This document shows, one piece after another, positions 36,876 to 46,700 of a DNA stretch of 62,634 nucleotides. The notes beneath the pieces are model-generated. The model was not told the origin of the DNA. It was given only the letters and a program-made list of their open reading frames with translations, and ran no database searches. The stretch's first letter is position 1, and each line of letters opens with the position of its first letter. The stretch is from Candidatus Nanopelagicales bacterium. Lineage in GTDB: Bacteria; Actinomycetota; Actinomycetes; S36-B12; UBA5976. A program made the translations under genes and the position numbers. Location of the stretch: contig JAURFT010000004.1 in NCBI GenBank assembly GCA_030834185.1, positions 1 through 62,634 of the forward strand, in the 5' to 3' direction.

Positions 36876-38275
36876 TGTCAACAATTGCAGAGCAGCTTGG
36901 CGAAGTTGCATATCAAATCACCCAAAATGGTTTATCCGATGAGCTGCGTCGCGAATCAGCGCGTCGAGTTTTAGATGTAATTGGTAATTCGCTTGCTGCT
37001 AAAGATCAAGCTGCAACTGAAGTTGTTCGTAATGTTGTCTTAGCTTGGGAAGGGCCAGCAGATTCTTTTGCCATTGGTGCTGGCAAATTACCTGCTGCTG
37101 CAGCTGCGCTGCTTAATGGCACGCTGGCACATGCGATGGATTTTGATGACACACATCTGCCTTCAGTTTTACATCCCAGCGCATCGGTAGTTCCTGCAGC
37201 GCTAGCTGTTGGCGCAAAACTTAAGTCCAATCCAACTGATGTGATGGATGCAATTGCATTTGGTATTGAAGTCACTTGCCGATTGGGGATGGCAGGCTAT
37301 GACAAAAAATTAGGTAACTCAGTATTTTTTGAACGTGGTTTACATGCAACTTCCATCTGCGGCACACTAGGTGCGGCAACAGCTGCAGCCATGCTTTACA
37401 AATTAAGCGCAGCGCAGATTACTTCGGCAATTGGAATTGCTTCTAGCATGGGAGCGGGATTACTTGAAGCTAATCGCACCGGTGGCACAGTTAAACGAAT
37501 GCACTGCGGTTGGGCGGCCCACGGCGGTGTGGTGGCAGCTGAGCTTGCTAAAGCTGGGCTAACTGGTCCGCCAACTGTGATTGAAGGTCGATTTGGTTTT
37601 ATGCAGGCATATTGCGGTGATCAAGTAAATCTTGCCGAGCTAACCGATGACCTTGGCACTAGCTGGGTGCTGCCAGGATTATTTTTTAAACCATACCCTT
37701 GCAATCACTTCACTCACACCGGCATCGATGCGGCGCGACGAATGAAAGCTAACGGCATCACTCCAGATCGAATCGAGCGCTTAGAGCTTGGTGTTCCCAC
37801 CCCCGTGCTTAGAACTATTGCTGAGCCACGAGAAGCGAAAATTAAACCTGAGTCTGGTTATCACGCTGCCTTTAGTGGCCCATATACAGTTGCAGCTGCT
37901 TTTTATCGAGATCATGGACTTGGGTTATTCCATGAAGACTTTGAAGATGAAGCAGCTCATGATCCAGAAATTTTGGCATTAGCGGCAAAAGTAAATGTTT
38001 CAGCAAATGCTTCCTGCGATGAAATATTTCCGCACCAATTTCCAGCAGTGCTAACCGCATATCTAAAAGATGGCAGCAGCATTACCGAGCGGGTGCTCGT
38101 TAATCGCGGTGGACCGCAAGATCCGCTATCAGATGCCGAGCTTGCACTGAAATTTGAATCTAATGCGCGCTTAGCAATCTCTAGTGAGCAAGCAGCAAAA
38201 ATTGCGCAGAGTATTTTTGGTTTTGCCACTAATTCCAGCAGTTTGGACCAATTAGCCCAGCTGCTTGAGGGTTAA
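36875..38275 (+). CDS. MmgE/PrpD family protein
   Basis: NGTLAHAMDFDDTH, HPS, KRMHCG, EGRFG, KPYPCNHFTH. Confidence 0.92.
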   Translation: MSTIAEQLGEVAYQITQNGLSDELRRESARRVLDVIGNSLAAKDQAATEVVRNVVLAWEGPADSFAIGAGKLPAAAAALLNGTLAHAMDFDDTHLPSVLHPSASVVPAALAVGAKLKSNPTDVMDAIAFGIEVTCRLGMAGYDKKLGNSVFFERGLHATSICGTLGAATAAAMLYKLSAAQITSAIGIASSMGAGLLEANRTGGTVKRMHCGWAAHGGVVAAELAKAGLTGPPTVIEGRFGFMQAYCGDQVNLAELTDDLGTSWVLPGLFFKPYPCNHFTHTGIDAARRMKANGITPDRIERLELGVPTPVLRTIAEPREAKIKPESGYHAAFSGPYTVAAAFYRDHGLGLFHEDFEDEAAHDPEILALAAKVNVSANASCDEIFPHQFPAVLTAYLKDGSSITERVLVNRGGPQDPLSDAELALKFESNARLAISSEQAAKIAQSIFGFATNSSSLDQLAQLLEG

Positions 38276-38401
38276 CGGGCGGTTTCGGGTGATCTGGGCT
38301 GGAATTGAAGAAATAGAGATTTAGGTCACAAAGCTGTCGCCTTGCTACCTTTGTTAGCTATGCCCTAGCGTATCCACACCTCGACATTAGGAGACCCAAA
38401 A

Positions 38402-39865
38402 GTGACTGCCTTTGATTTAGTTATTAAAAATTCTTTAGTAGTTAAGCATGATCAGGCACAACCACTGGCAGTAGATATTGGTATCAAAGACGGCAAGATC
38501 ACCAAACTAGAAGCCAATATTGCAGCAAGTGATGCTAAAGAAGTTTTTGATGCTGGCGGCAAGTTGGCGTTTCCAGGTGTGGTTGATGGACATCAGCACT
38601 GGGGTATTTACAACCCACTCGATATCGACACTGCGTCTGAAAGCAAGGCGTGTGCGCAAGGTGGCGTAACAACTGCGCTTTCTTATATGCGCACTGGCCA
38701 TTACTACATGAACAAGGGCGGCTCTTATCTTGATGTGTTCCCAGAGGTGCTTGAGCAAACCGCTGGACGTGCTTATGTTGATTACGCATATCACCTAGCT
38801 CCGTTAAGCGCTGAGCACCTAACCGAGATTCCAGAGTTGATCTCTAAGCATGGCGTTAATTCATTTAAGATTTTTATGTTCTACGGCAGCTATGGCCTGC
38901 ATGGTCGATCAACTTCACAAAATGAATTTTTAATGATCCCAGAAGGTGAGCGCTACGACGTTGCTCACTTTGAATTTGTAATGCGCGCAATTCAAGCAGC
39001 TCGAGTTAAAATGCCTGAAATTGCTGACACAATTTCTTTGTCACTGCATTGTGAAACAGCAGAGATCATGACTGCCTATACCAAGATGGTTGAAGAATCT
39101 GGTCGACCAAAAGATCTTGAGGCTTATCACCTATCTCGCCCACCACATTCTGAAGGATTGGCAATCACAATTGCCTCTTACCTGGCTCATGAAACCGAGC
39201 TGCCAAATATCAACTTACTGCATCTAACATCATTTAAAGCAATTGATGCGGCAATGAAAATGACGCTCGCTTTCCCACATGTTAACTTTAAGCGCGAAGT
39301 AACTATTGGCCACTTGTTGGCAGATATCAAAAACTCTAAAGGCGTTGGCGGCAAAGTGAATCCACCGCTTCGCCCACGCGAAGATGTGGAAGCGCTTTGG
39401 GAGCATTTATTAGCGGGCAACATCGACTGGGTGGTTAGCGATCATGCCTGCTGTAAAGATGAGCTTAAGTTTGGTAGCCCACGCGAAGATGTCTTTGTTG
39501 CTAAATCGGGCTTTGGTGGCGCTGAATACCTGCTTCCGGGACTTGTTAGCGAGAGCAAAACGAGAGATCTCAGCTATCAAAAGATTGCTCAGCTTGCCTC
39601 TTGGAACACAGCTCAGCGCTATGGCCTAAAGAATAAAGGTGCGATTGCACTAGGTTATGACGCTGACATTGCAATTGTGGATCCAAACACTTCTTATGTG
39701 GTTAAGGCTGAAGATTCACTATCAGCTCAGGAGTACACCCCATTTGAAGGATTTGAGTTAACGGCAAAAGTAACTGACACTTTCTTGCGTGGAAACCAAA
39801 TCTTTGGTGGCGGCAATGTGCTTGGCGCACCACTTGGAAAGTATCAGTTCCGACCAACTGCTTAA
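38402..39865 (+). CDS. Cyclic amidohydrolase (allantoinase/hydantoinase/dihydroorotase family)
   Basis: PGVVDGHQH, SFKIFM (carboxylated Lys), LHCE, LHLTS, KVNPPLR, SDHA, KGAIALGYDAD. Confidence 0.88.
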   Translation: MTAFDLVIKNSLVVKHDQAQPLAVDIGIKDGKITKLEANIAASDAKEVFDAGGKLAFPGVVDGHQHWGIYNPLDIDTASESKACAQGGVTTALSYMRTGHYYMNKGGSYLDVFPEVLEQTAGRAYVDYAYHLAPLSAEHLTEIPELISKHGVNSFKIFMFYGSYGLHGRSTSQNEFLMIPEGERYDVAHFEFVMRAIQAARVKMPEIADTISLSLHCETAEIMTAYTKMVEESGRPKDLEAYHLSRPPHSEGLAITIASYLAHETELPNINLLHLTSFKAIDAAMKMTLAFPHVNFKREVTIGHLLADIKNSKGVGGKVNPPLRPREDVEALWEHLLAGNIDWVVSDHACCKDELKFGSPREDVFVAKSGFGGAEYLLPGLVSESKTRDLSYQKIAQLASWNTAQRYGLKNKGAIALGYDADIAIVDPNTSYVVKAEDSLSAQEYTPFEGFELTAKVTDTFLRGNQIFGGGNVLGAPLGKYQFRPTA

Positions 39866-39898
39866 TTTTCAACAGTGCATTAAATAGAGCGCGGCTTT

Positions 39899-40516
39899 CT
39901 ATTTATTTAATTTTGGTAAATGCCAATTGAATTTAATAGATAGTGAGCGAAAGGCAAAAACTAAACTACCAGCAATTATGCTGGCATAGGTTTGATTTAG
40001 CCCTAATTCAAGAGCTAACACAAAGCTGACTGCGCCCAAGAATGCAGATGTGCCGTTAGTTTCGCGGTGCAGCAAAGTTGGTTCAACTTGGCTTAATACA
40101 TCTCGAACCAAGCCGCCTAGCACCCCGCTAATTACTCCCAGCACAACCGCTGGAATAACACCTTTATCAAATTCAACAGCAAGTGCAACACCCGCAATAG
40201 TTGCGATTGCTAGGCCAATTGAATCCAGCAACTGGATAAAATTACCAACTGGCTTGGTCCATCTAAATGCGATTGTTAAAACTACCGCTAGCGCTATTAC
40301 TAGTAAAAGTGTGGGTTGATTAATCCAAGCTGGGTTTATATCCAAAATTACATTACGGAACGTTCCACCTGAAAGCGCTGCAGCGGCTGCCACAAATAAC
40401 AATCCGCCATAATCCATATTTCGCATAGCTGCAATGCGTGCGCCAACTAGCGCAAAAGCAAAAGTTGATAGGTGATCTAAAATCAGAATTAAATTAAAAT
40501 CTGCCAAATCAATCAT
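39899..40516 (-). CDS. TRIC/UPF0126 family membrane protein
   Basis: Internal repeats GGTFRNVI and GGLVRDVL, DSIGLA. Confidence 0.88.
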   Translation of the reverse strand: MIDLADFNLILILDHLSTFAFALVGARIAAMRNMDYGGLLFVAAAAALSGGTFRNVILDINPAWINQPTLLLVIALAVVLTIAFRWTKPVGNFIQLLDSIGLAIATIAGVALAVEFDKGVIPAVVLGVISGVLGGLVRDVLSQVEPTLLHRETNGTSAFLGAVSFVLALELGLNQTYASIIAGSLVFAFRSLSIKFNWHLPKLNK

Positions 40517-41403
40517 TAACTAACTGCCTTCTGCCGCTGGCTAATAACTACTCCTAGTACCACGATAGTGGCTCCAGCAAATTCATACCAATGTAGTACT
40601 TCTTTAAGTAGCGTCACTCCCGCTACAGCTGCAACTATTGGGGTGACATATGTAACGGTGCTGGCAATTGCTGCTCCAGCTTTAGCTGTTACTCGATAAT
40701 GCAAAACATAAGCCAAGCCAGATCCAAATCCACCAAGCATTAGTGACACGAAAATAATTTGAGGCGAAATAGCACTGCGCAACTCAAGATTGAACATTGC
40801 AAATGGTGCGATTTGCAAGGCGCTAATGGTGATTTGAAGCGCCATCAATGAAGTTGGTGAATAGTTCAGCGGAACGATATTTCTTTTGTAATAAGGCAGT
40901 GAGAAGCCATAGCCAACAGTTGCAGCTAAAACAGCTAGCACGCCAATTAATTGTCCAGATGCAACGCCAGTCCAGATACCAAGCACCACCAACACACCAA
41001 TAAATCCAGTGAGTAAGCCAATGATCTGAAATCGGGTAACTTTTTGATCGCGAAAAACTAACATCAAGAGTAAAAGTGTAACTAGCGGAGTTGATGCATT
41101 AATGATTCCTGCCAAAATACTAGAAATGTAATCTTGGGCAAATGCAAATAAAAATCCTGGCATTGAATTCATAAGTATTGCCATAAAAAAGAGTTTCTTC
41201 CAAATTTTAAATGGAAGTTTAAGTTTCATCGCTCTATTAATTACCAATAGCACAAGCGCACCAATAGTTAGGCGGACAAATGCAAGCAGTGTTGGATGAA
41301 ATGCAGTTAACAATACCTCAACAAAATAAAAAGATAAGCCCCAAATAACAGCTACAATTAAATAGCTAGGTAGCCAAACTTTGCTGCTAGTTGGTAGCGT
41401 CAT
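40516..41403 (-). CDS. EamA/DMT transporter
   Basis: IWGLSF, ten-TM pattern, VTYVTPIVA; start at ATG 41403 (ORF track extends to 41436). Confidence 0.88.
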   Translation of the reverse strand: MTLPTSSKVWLPSYLIVAVIWGLSFYFVEVLLTAFHPTLLAFVRLTIGALVLLVINRAMKLKLPFKIWKKLFFMAILMNSMPGFLFAFAQDYISSILAGIINASTPLVTLLLLMLVFRDQKVTRFQIIGLLTGFIGVLVVLGIWTGVASGQLIGVLAVLAATVGYGFSLPYYKRNIVPLNYSPTSLMALQITISALQIAPFAMFNLELRSAISPQIIFVSLMLGGFGSGLAYVLHYRVTAKAGAAIASTVTYVTPIVAAVAGVTLLKEVLHWYEFAGATIVVLGVVISQRQKAVS

Positions 41404-41881
41404 CGCACCAGCCGTAAAGTAAAAATACTTGGCCATTTACAGCAACAATTTCGCTTGAGATAATTTCTAGGTCAACTTCTAAATCAAATTTATAAACATC
41501 GCCATCAATTGATTCGCCTGCCAGCAGCCAATCAGCTGCACCCGATTGGCTGCCAACCCAATTGGAAACTAACTCAAGGGTTTCAACCCTAGGCAATCCA
41601 ATATTTACATTTTCATTTAAATATGGCTGCTTTGCCAATGCGCAAGATTGCAGCGCAGCTGGATCAAAAGCTCCCGGGTAGTTATTTGCAATTACAAAAT
41701 CAATACCCTGCGCAAATCCTTCCGCAAAAGCGGCATTGCCTTGGTCATAAAGCTCAACTATCGCCGCTGCAATATCCGCTGCAGTGGCAGTCGCCATTGG
41801 TGAGCCTGAAGGTGCAGCTGCATTACTGCCACAGCCAGCAAGCAAGCCCAAGGCCACGATCACAGACAACATTTTTCTCAA
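41387..41881 (-). CDS. Putative lipoprotein
   Basis: MRK...LLAGC lipobox followed by Ala/Pro linker. Confidence 0.75.
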   Translation of the reverse strand: MRKMLSVIVALGLLAGCGSNAAAPSGSPMATATAADIAAAIVELYDQGNAAFAEGFAQGIDFVIANNYPGAFDPAALQSCALAKQPYLNENVNIGLPRVETLELVSNWVGSQSGAADWLLAGESIDGDVYKFDLEVDLEIISSEIVAVNGQVFLLYGWCDDATN

Positions 41882-41968
41882 GAGGGCACCTTATTAGTTA
41901 ACTGGCTGAACAATACTGATTGGCAGCCAGGCCCGTTATGAAAGCCAGCCTGTTTGGCTTAATTTAGG

Positions 41969-42685
41969 TTAGAACTTATAGTCAAAAGCTGATATCCAGT
42001 CTTGATATGTTTTTGAGACCAATTCACGACTCTCCTCATTGAACAGCACCCGATGGTCTGGATAAAGCTGAGTCCAGCTACCTGCCTTAAGTCGAGGCAG
42101 TTTGGCTAAATCGGCTAAGTCCAGGTCAAGTTTTTTAATTACTGCTTCAATATCTGCTTGCAGACTTTCGTGCCTGATGTAGTAATCCAATGGGTGCCCA
42201 GTTAATAAGAATTTCTCAACAGCAGGTCGCTTGGTTTCTTTAAGCATTTGGGTAAAAAGCAGCTGTAGCTGTGGCAGCTCAGGAATAGTTTCACTTGCAG
42301 GTGCTCCCTGCTTTAGTTGTAATACTGCTCCACGATCACTTACCCATGGTCGGCGCCAGAAAAATTGTGAGACCGCTCTAGTAAATGGATTGCGGACATT
42401 AACAAATTTAAAATAATAATTCCAGGTGTCAATCCCAATGTGTTCAATAATTCGAACGGCTGGCATATGATTGAAAAAAGTGTAATTCGAGGATGTAGAT
42501 CCACGAGCACCAACTATTCCAACCTCGCTGATCTGTTCGTCACTGTAGTGCAGCTCTTCAGCAGTTTTTTCAGAAATAGAACCAGGTACACACCATCTTT
42601 GAAAGAGCACCTCGGTGCTGGTGCCAGCTGTTTTTTTAGTTTTAAGGAATATGAATTTTTTAGGGTGACTTAATAACATTGTCAA
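41969..42685 (-). CDS. Sulfotransferase family 2 protein
   Basis: FIFLKTKKTAGTS (5'-PAPS loop), VRNPFTRAVS (3'-PB), YIRHESL..D, D...FDY. Confidence 0.8.
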   Translation of the reverse strand: MTMLLSHPKKFIFLKTKKTAGTSTEVLFQRWCVPGSISEKTAEELHYSDEQISEVGIVGARGSTSSNYTFFNHMPAVRIIEHIGIDTWNYYFKFVNVRNPFTRAVSQFFWRRPWVSDRGAVLQLKQGAPASETIPELPQLQLLFTQMLKETKRPAVEKFLLTGHPLDYYIRHESLQADIEAVIKKLDLDLADLAKLPRLKAGSWTQLYPDHRVLFNEESRELVSKTYQDWISAFDYKF

Positions 42686-42754
42686 ACCATAGCAATTGAT
42701 ACCCCAGATATACTTTAAAGAATTCGGACATAACGGGAATATTTACTCAATTCA

Positions 42755-43684
42755 TTATTTTTCTTTTGCGGTTTCAGCAACAATGACACCAAGTATCACA
42801 GCAAGCCCACCTAATAGCTGAATTGCAAGTAATGACTCATTTAACAATACAAACGCAATAGCTGATGCAGTTACTGGTTCAAGTGTGCCAACAATTGCTA
42901 CCGTTCGCGCTTTTAAATGTCTAAGGGCTACAAATGATAAGAAGAATGGTGCAATAGTTCCCATAATTATCATCCAAGAAATAAGAGTCCAGGTTGGGAA
43001 AGTCGAATTAAAATCTGCTACAAGATTGACCTGGCCACCCAGTAGTGCTGAGTTAAAATTCCACCATGGCTCAAGAATTGCCCAGAAAATCACACTGGCT
43101 CCAAATGCCAAAGTAACTACAGCCAGTGGAGAGCGCTTTGCAACTAACTTCTCCCCAGTGATGAAATAAATTGCTAATGAAATTGCAGCCAATCCAGCTG
43201 CTACAACTCCAATACCATCAAGTGTAAATCCGCCCCAGAGATTAGTTACTAAGGACAAGCCAAGAATTGTGATTGCTAAGGCATACCAAACTCGCTGCTT
43301 AACTTTTTCTTTTTCGCCAAATCTCGCCCAAAGCGCGACTAAAACTGGAGCGGTGTACTCAATTACTAACGCAACTCCAATATCTAGTCTATTTATTGCT
43401 ACAAAATATAAATATTGAACCAGCGCAACGCCAACGATGCCATAGCTCAGGAACTTTGGAATCTCATTTAATTTAAGTTTTAATTCTTTTCTTACAAATA
43501 TAAGTGCTAGCACAATCAAAATAGCGAAAGCGCCTGTTACTCGAATTTGACTTAGCTGGGCGGCATCAATGCCTGAGATTAATAATGATTTAGATACTGA
43601 TCCATTTGCCGCAAACAGCGTAACTGAACTTAGGAGTGCAATATGTCCAACAATTGGACGCTTAACAAATTCAGATGTTGGCAT
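42755..43684 (-). CDS. EamA/DMT transporter
   Basis: YFVAINRLDIGVALVIEYTAP, TLEPV, ten-TM pattern. Confidence 0.9.
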   Translation of the reverse strand: MPTSEFVKRPIVGHIALLSSVTLFAANGSVSKSLLISGIDAAQLSQIRVTGAFAILIVLALIFVRKELKLKLNEIPKFLSYGIVGVALVQYLYFVAINRLDIGVALVIEYTAPVLVALWARFGEKEKVKQRVWYALAITILGLSLVTNLWGGFTLDGIGVVAAGLAAISLAIYFITGEKLVAKRSPLAVVTLAFGASVIFWAILEPWWNFNSALLGGQVNLVADFNSTFPTWTLISWMIIMGTIAPFFLSFVALRHLKARTVAIVGTLEPVTASAIAFVLLNESLLAIQLLGGLAVILGVIVAETAKEK

Positions 43685-43719
43685 AAGGAGCTGAGCCTAG
43701 TGGGCTGAGGTGATGAAAC

Positions 43720-45618
43720 TTAGCGAGGCACGGTCAACGATTTTGCCAATCCTTCGCCAATAACGTTGATCGCAACAATGGAAATCTTGCTTCCTGGCTT
43801 TAGCTTGCCCACCTTGGTAGAGCAAGCTGTTGTACTGGCAGTAACTCGGCAGATTGCCTTCCCGTCACTGCCACTTACTCGGTACCCAGTTAATTCTGAA
43901 CCACCAGTATCCGTTGGCGCTTGCCAGGAAATTATGTAATTAGAAGACTTGATATTTTTTCTAATTTTTGCTTTCTTAACTTTTTTAGGAATACTTGTTG
44001 CAATTTCCAAAGCTGCTAATTCAATGCGTTCAGAGCGACCAAGAGCAGTGTCTGCAAAAATTGCTAATCGATACTCTCCAGGGGTTGCGGTGATTGTGCA
44101 CTTATAGTCTGTTAACACTGCGTCACAAAGTATTTGCTCTGTTGTTGAATCAATTACTTTTACTCTGATTTCCGATTTTGGCACGCTGCTAACTCGTAGC
44201 GGATCACTCCAAGTTACTTCTATCGCTCCCGATACTGGAGTTAGTTTGATATTAGAAGGTGGACCACCAGGGCCCACTTCAACAGTAAATTCGTATGAGG
44301 TGCCATCACCTTTAGCTGAAAGCGCATAAAGCCGATACTTTGTTTTACCAGGATTGGTTGTAACCTGACAGCTTAGTGAGGAGGAACTTGTTTCACACAC
44401 CTTGTTGTATCCTGTTACATCACCAACTTCACTTAATCGCACCTCAATATTTACAATCTCACCACTTGATTTACGAATTCTAAAAGTAACTAGTTCGCCA
44501 GAAGATTTCTTTCGCATCTCAGCTAACATGGCATCCATATTTGCAACTGAAACTCCACCAACTGCAAGCACAACATCTAGTGCTTCAATTTTTGCGTAGT
44601 CAGCTGGGGTGTCTGTAATTACATTTGTAATTGTGACACCACCATCCGGAGCGTCTTGCACATAAACCCCAAGATAGGCACGCTTACTTTCTAAAACTTC
44701 TTCAACTCGGTATCCAGTAATTGCAGTAGATTCTGTTGTTGGTGCTTGCCAGCTGATGTTTAAATTGCTACCAAGAATTTCATATTTAACTTCTCGTGGT
44801 TCAGCAGGAGTTGAATTCGCAACTGAGGCAATTCCTTGATTGATGATATTTTGATAAAAGCTTGCCACCATTCCAGTTGCAATATTTGTACCCCGAAATG
44901 AAGGTATACAAGAAGTATCGCCACCAGCATTCACTCCAACTAATACCAATTCATTTCCAATTTGAGTCACCATCGGCCCACCAGAATCTCCTGGACAAAT
45001 TGACTGTGTTGAAGTTCCGGTGGTTTGAATAAAGCTGCCTGCTGGATATTGGAAACTAAGCACACTTTGACGAGCCCGAAGTTCGATTTTGCGCGGAATA
45101 CCGTCGTTATCTTGGTCCAATTTCAATTTGCCATAACCTAAATGAGTTATTGGCCCACGATTAGTTTGCAGGTCACGAATCTCAGCTGCTGATGCAACTC
45201 TAGCTAATACTGGAGTGGCTAAAACTTTGTCTAGCGTTAAAACTGCAAAGTCGTTGGGTTCAATTGTGTCAGATCGGTTTTGATATCCCCTTACCCAATT
45301 TATCTCAGTTACTCGAGCGCGCCCTGCAATTGAATCGCGATTTAAATCAGCTCCAGGTGTTGCAATAAATAGGCCATTTGGATAATTGATAGTGTCGCCA
45401 TTTTGAATGACACAGTGCGCAGCAGTTACCACAATGCGCGGTTGCAACAGCGCTCCTGAGCAAAATGCTCGAGTTGCCGTTCGGCCATGGATTAACGCAA
45501 CCACAACTCCATCGCTTGTTGCCACCTGACCGCCTTGCACAGCCGTTGCTGGCGGCACAAAGATCAGCCCTGAAACTAAACTCAGAGCTATTGCAACTAG
45601 TCGGATCCTTGGCTTCAT
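43720..45618 (-). CDS. Secreted trypsin-family serine protease with FN3 repeats and a PDZ domain
   Basis: TAAHC, DFAVL, CPGDSGGP triad; ISWQAP...TGYRV FN3 repeats; YLGV...TPA..A PDZ; start likely MKPRIRL (ORF track 45645). Confidence 0.88.
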   Translation of the reverse strand: MKPRIRLVAIALSLVSGLIFVPPATAVQGGQVATSDGVVVALIHGRTATRAFCSGALLQPRIVVTAAHCVIQNGDTINYPNGLFIATPGADLNRDSIAGRARVTEINWVRGYQNRSDTIEPNDFAVLTLDKVLATPVLARVASAAEIRDLQTNRGPITHLGYGKLKLDQDNDGIPRKIELRARQSVLSFQYPAGSFIQTTGTSTQSICPGDSGGPMVTQIGNELVLVGVNAGGDTSCIPSFRGTNIATGMVASFYQNIINQGIASVANSTPAEPREVKYEILGSNLNISWQAPTTESTAITGYRVEEVLESKRAYLGVYVQDAPDGGVTITNVITDTPADYAKIEALDVVLAVGGVSVANMDAMLAEMRKKSSGELVTFRIRKSSGEIVNIEVRLSEVGDVTGYNKVCETSSSSLSCQVTTNPGKTKYRLYALSAKGDGTSYEFTVEVGPGGPPSNIKLTPVSGAIEVTWSDPLRVSSVPKSEIRVKVIDSTTEQILCDAVLTDYKCTITATPGEYRLAIFADTALGRSERIELAALEIATSIPKKVKKAKIRKNIKSSNYIISWQAPTDTGGSELTGYRVSGSDGKAICRVTASTTACSTKVGKLKPGSKISIVAINVIGEGLAKSLTVPR

Positions 45619-45737
45619 ACGGTTAATATTTGCATGCATACCCAATAACTACCAGTTGAGACTGTCAAAATTCTTAGAAACCCCACTCTTGCTGGAAATG
45701 AGCTAACACCTCTGGCTGCTGGGCTATTGTTCACACG

Positions 45738-46649
45738 GTGAAATCAATCAGACGCCTCGTTTTAGCAATTACTGCCATCGCTGTTGCTATTCCCCTGCTA
45801 CCCAGCGCAACTGCCAGCGAACTTGGTGGCAGTCAACTAAATAACAGCGGAATCATTGTTAACTTAACTGAAGAGATTCCAGCAATTCCAAAAGCAAAAG
45901 TGAGATCTTTTTTGATCGTGAACATGACAACTGGTGAAGTGCTAGCTGCTAAGAATCCACATAAAAAACTACCTCCAGCAAGCACAATAAAAGCACTAAC
46001 TGCGATTACATTATTTGACAAGCTAGATCCGCAGCGCAGCTATACAGCCAGACGGGTAGATGCACAGACGTATGGAACTCAAGTTGGGATTGTGCAGGGT
46101 CGCAAGTACACAATTGAGCAACTTTTTTACGGCTTACTACTGCCCTCTGCTAACGATGCCGCAATGGCGCTCGCAAATGCCAACGGCGGAATTGCAAATA
46201 CTTTGCAGCAGATGAACCAAACTGCAAAATCATTAAAAGCATTTAATACTGTTGCAAAATCACCACATGGACTTGATACCGCTGGCCAAGTGTCAACAGC
46301 ATTTGACTTGGCATTAATTGGTCGCGCTGCGATCAATAATGAAACATTTCGCAAATATGCCAGAACCCCGCGATATGAGTTCCCTCGAGTTGGCCGAGAT
46401 GCAGCAAGCCGAGAGATAGCAAATACCAACAAATTGCTCTCAAGTTACCCGGGCACTATTGCTGGAAAAACTGGCTTCACTACTCAAGCTAGAAATTCCT
46501 ATATTGGCGCTGCTCGTCGAGAAGGTCAAACTATTTTGATCACTTTTTTGGGAGCCGAATATGGCAGAGATGCCCTTGCGACAAAGCTGTTTGATTGGGG
46601 TTTTGCAGTAACTGGATTTATTGAGCCCGTTGGCAAACTTCCTGATTAA
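45738..46649 (+). CDS. dacB: D-alanyl-D-alanine carboxypeptidase (peptidase S11)
   Basis: ASTIK (SxxK), SAN (SxN), PHGLD, KTG. Confidence 0.9.
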   Translation: MKSIRRLVLAITAIAVAIPLLPSATASELGGSQLNNSGIIVNLTEEIPAIPKAKVRSFLIVNMTTGEVLAAKNPHKKLPPASTIKALTAITLFDKLDPQRSYTARRVDAQTYGTQVGIVQGRKYTIEQLFYGLLLPSANDAAMALANANGGIANTLQQMNQTAKSLKAFNTVAKSPHGLDTAGQVSTAFDLALIGRAAINNETFRKYARTPRYEFPRVGRDAASREIANTNKLLSSYPGTIAGKTGFTTQARNSYIGAARREGQTILITFLGAEYGRDALATKLFDWGFAVTGFIEPVGKLPD

Positions 46650-46700
46650 TCTGCAGTTATTAGCCGCCAATGGGAGCTACTCATCTAGTAGATTAATGAG

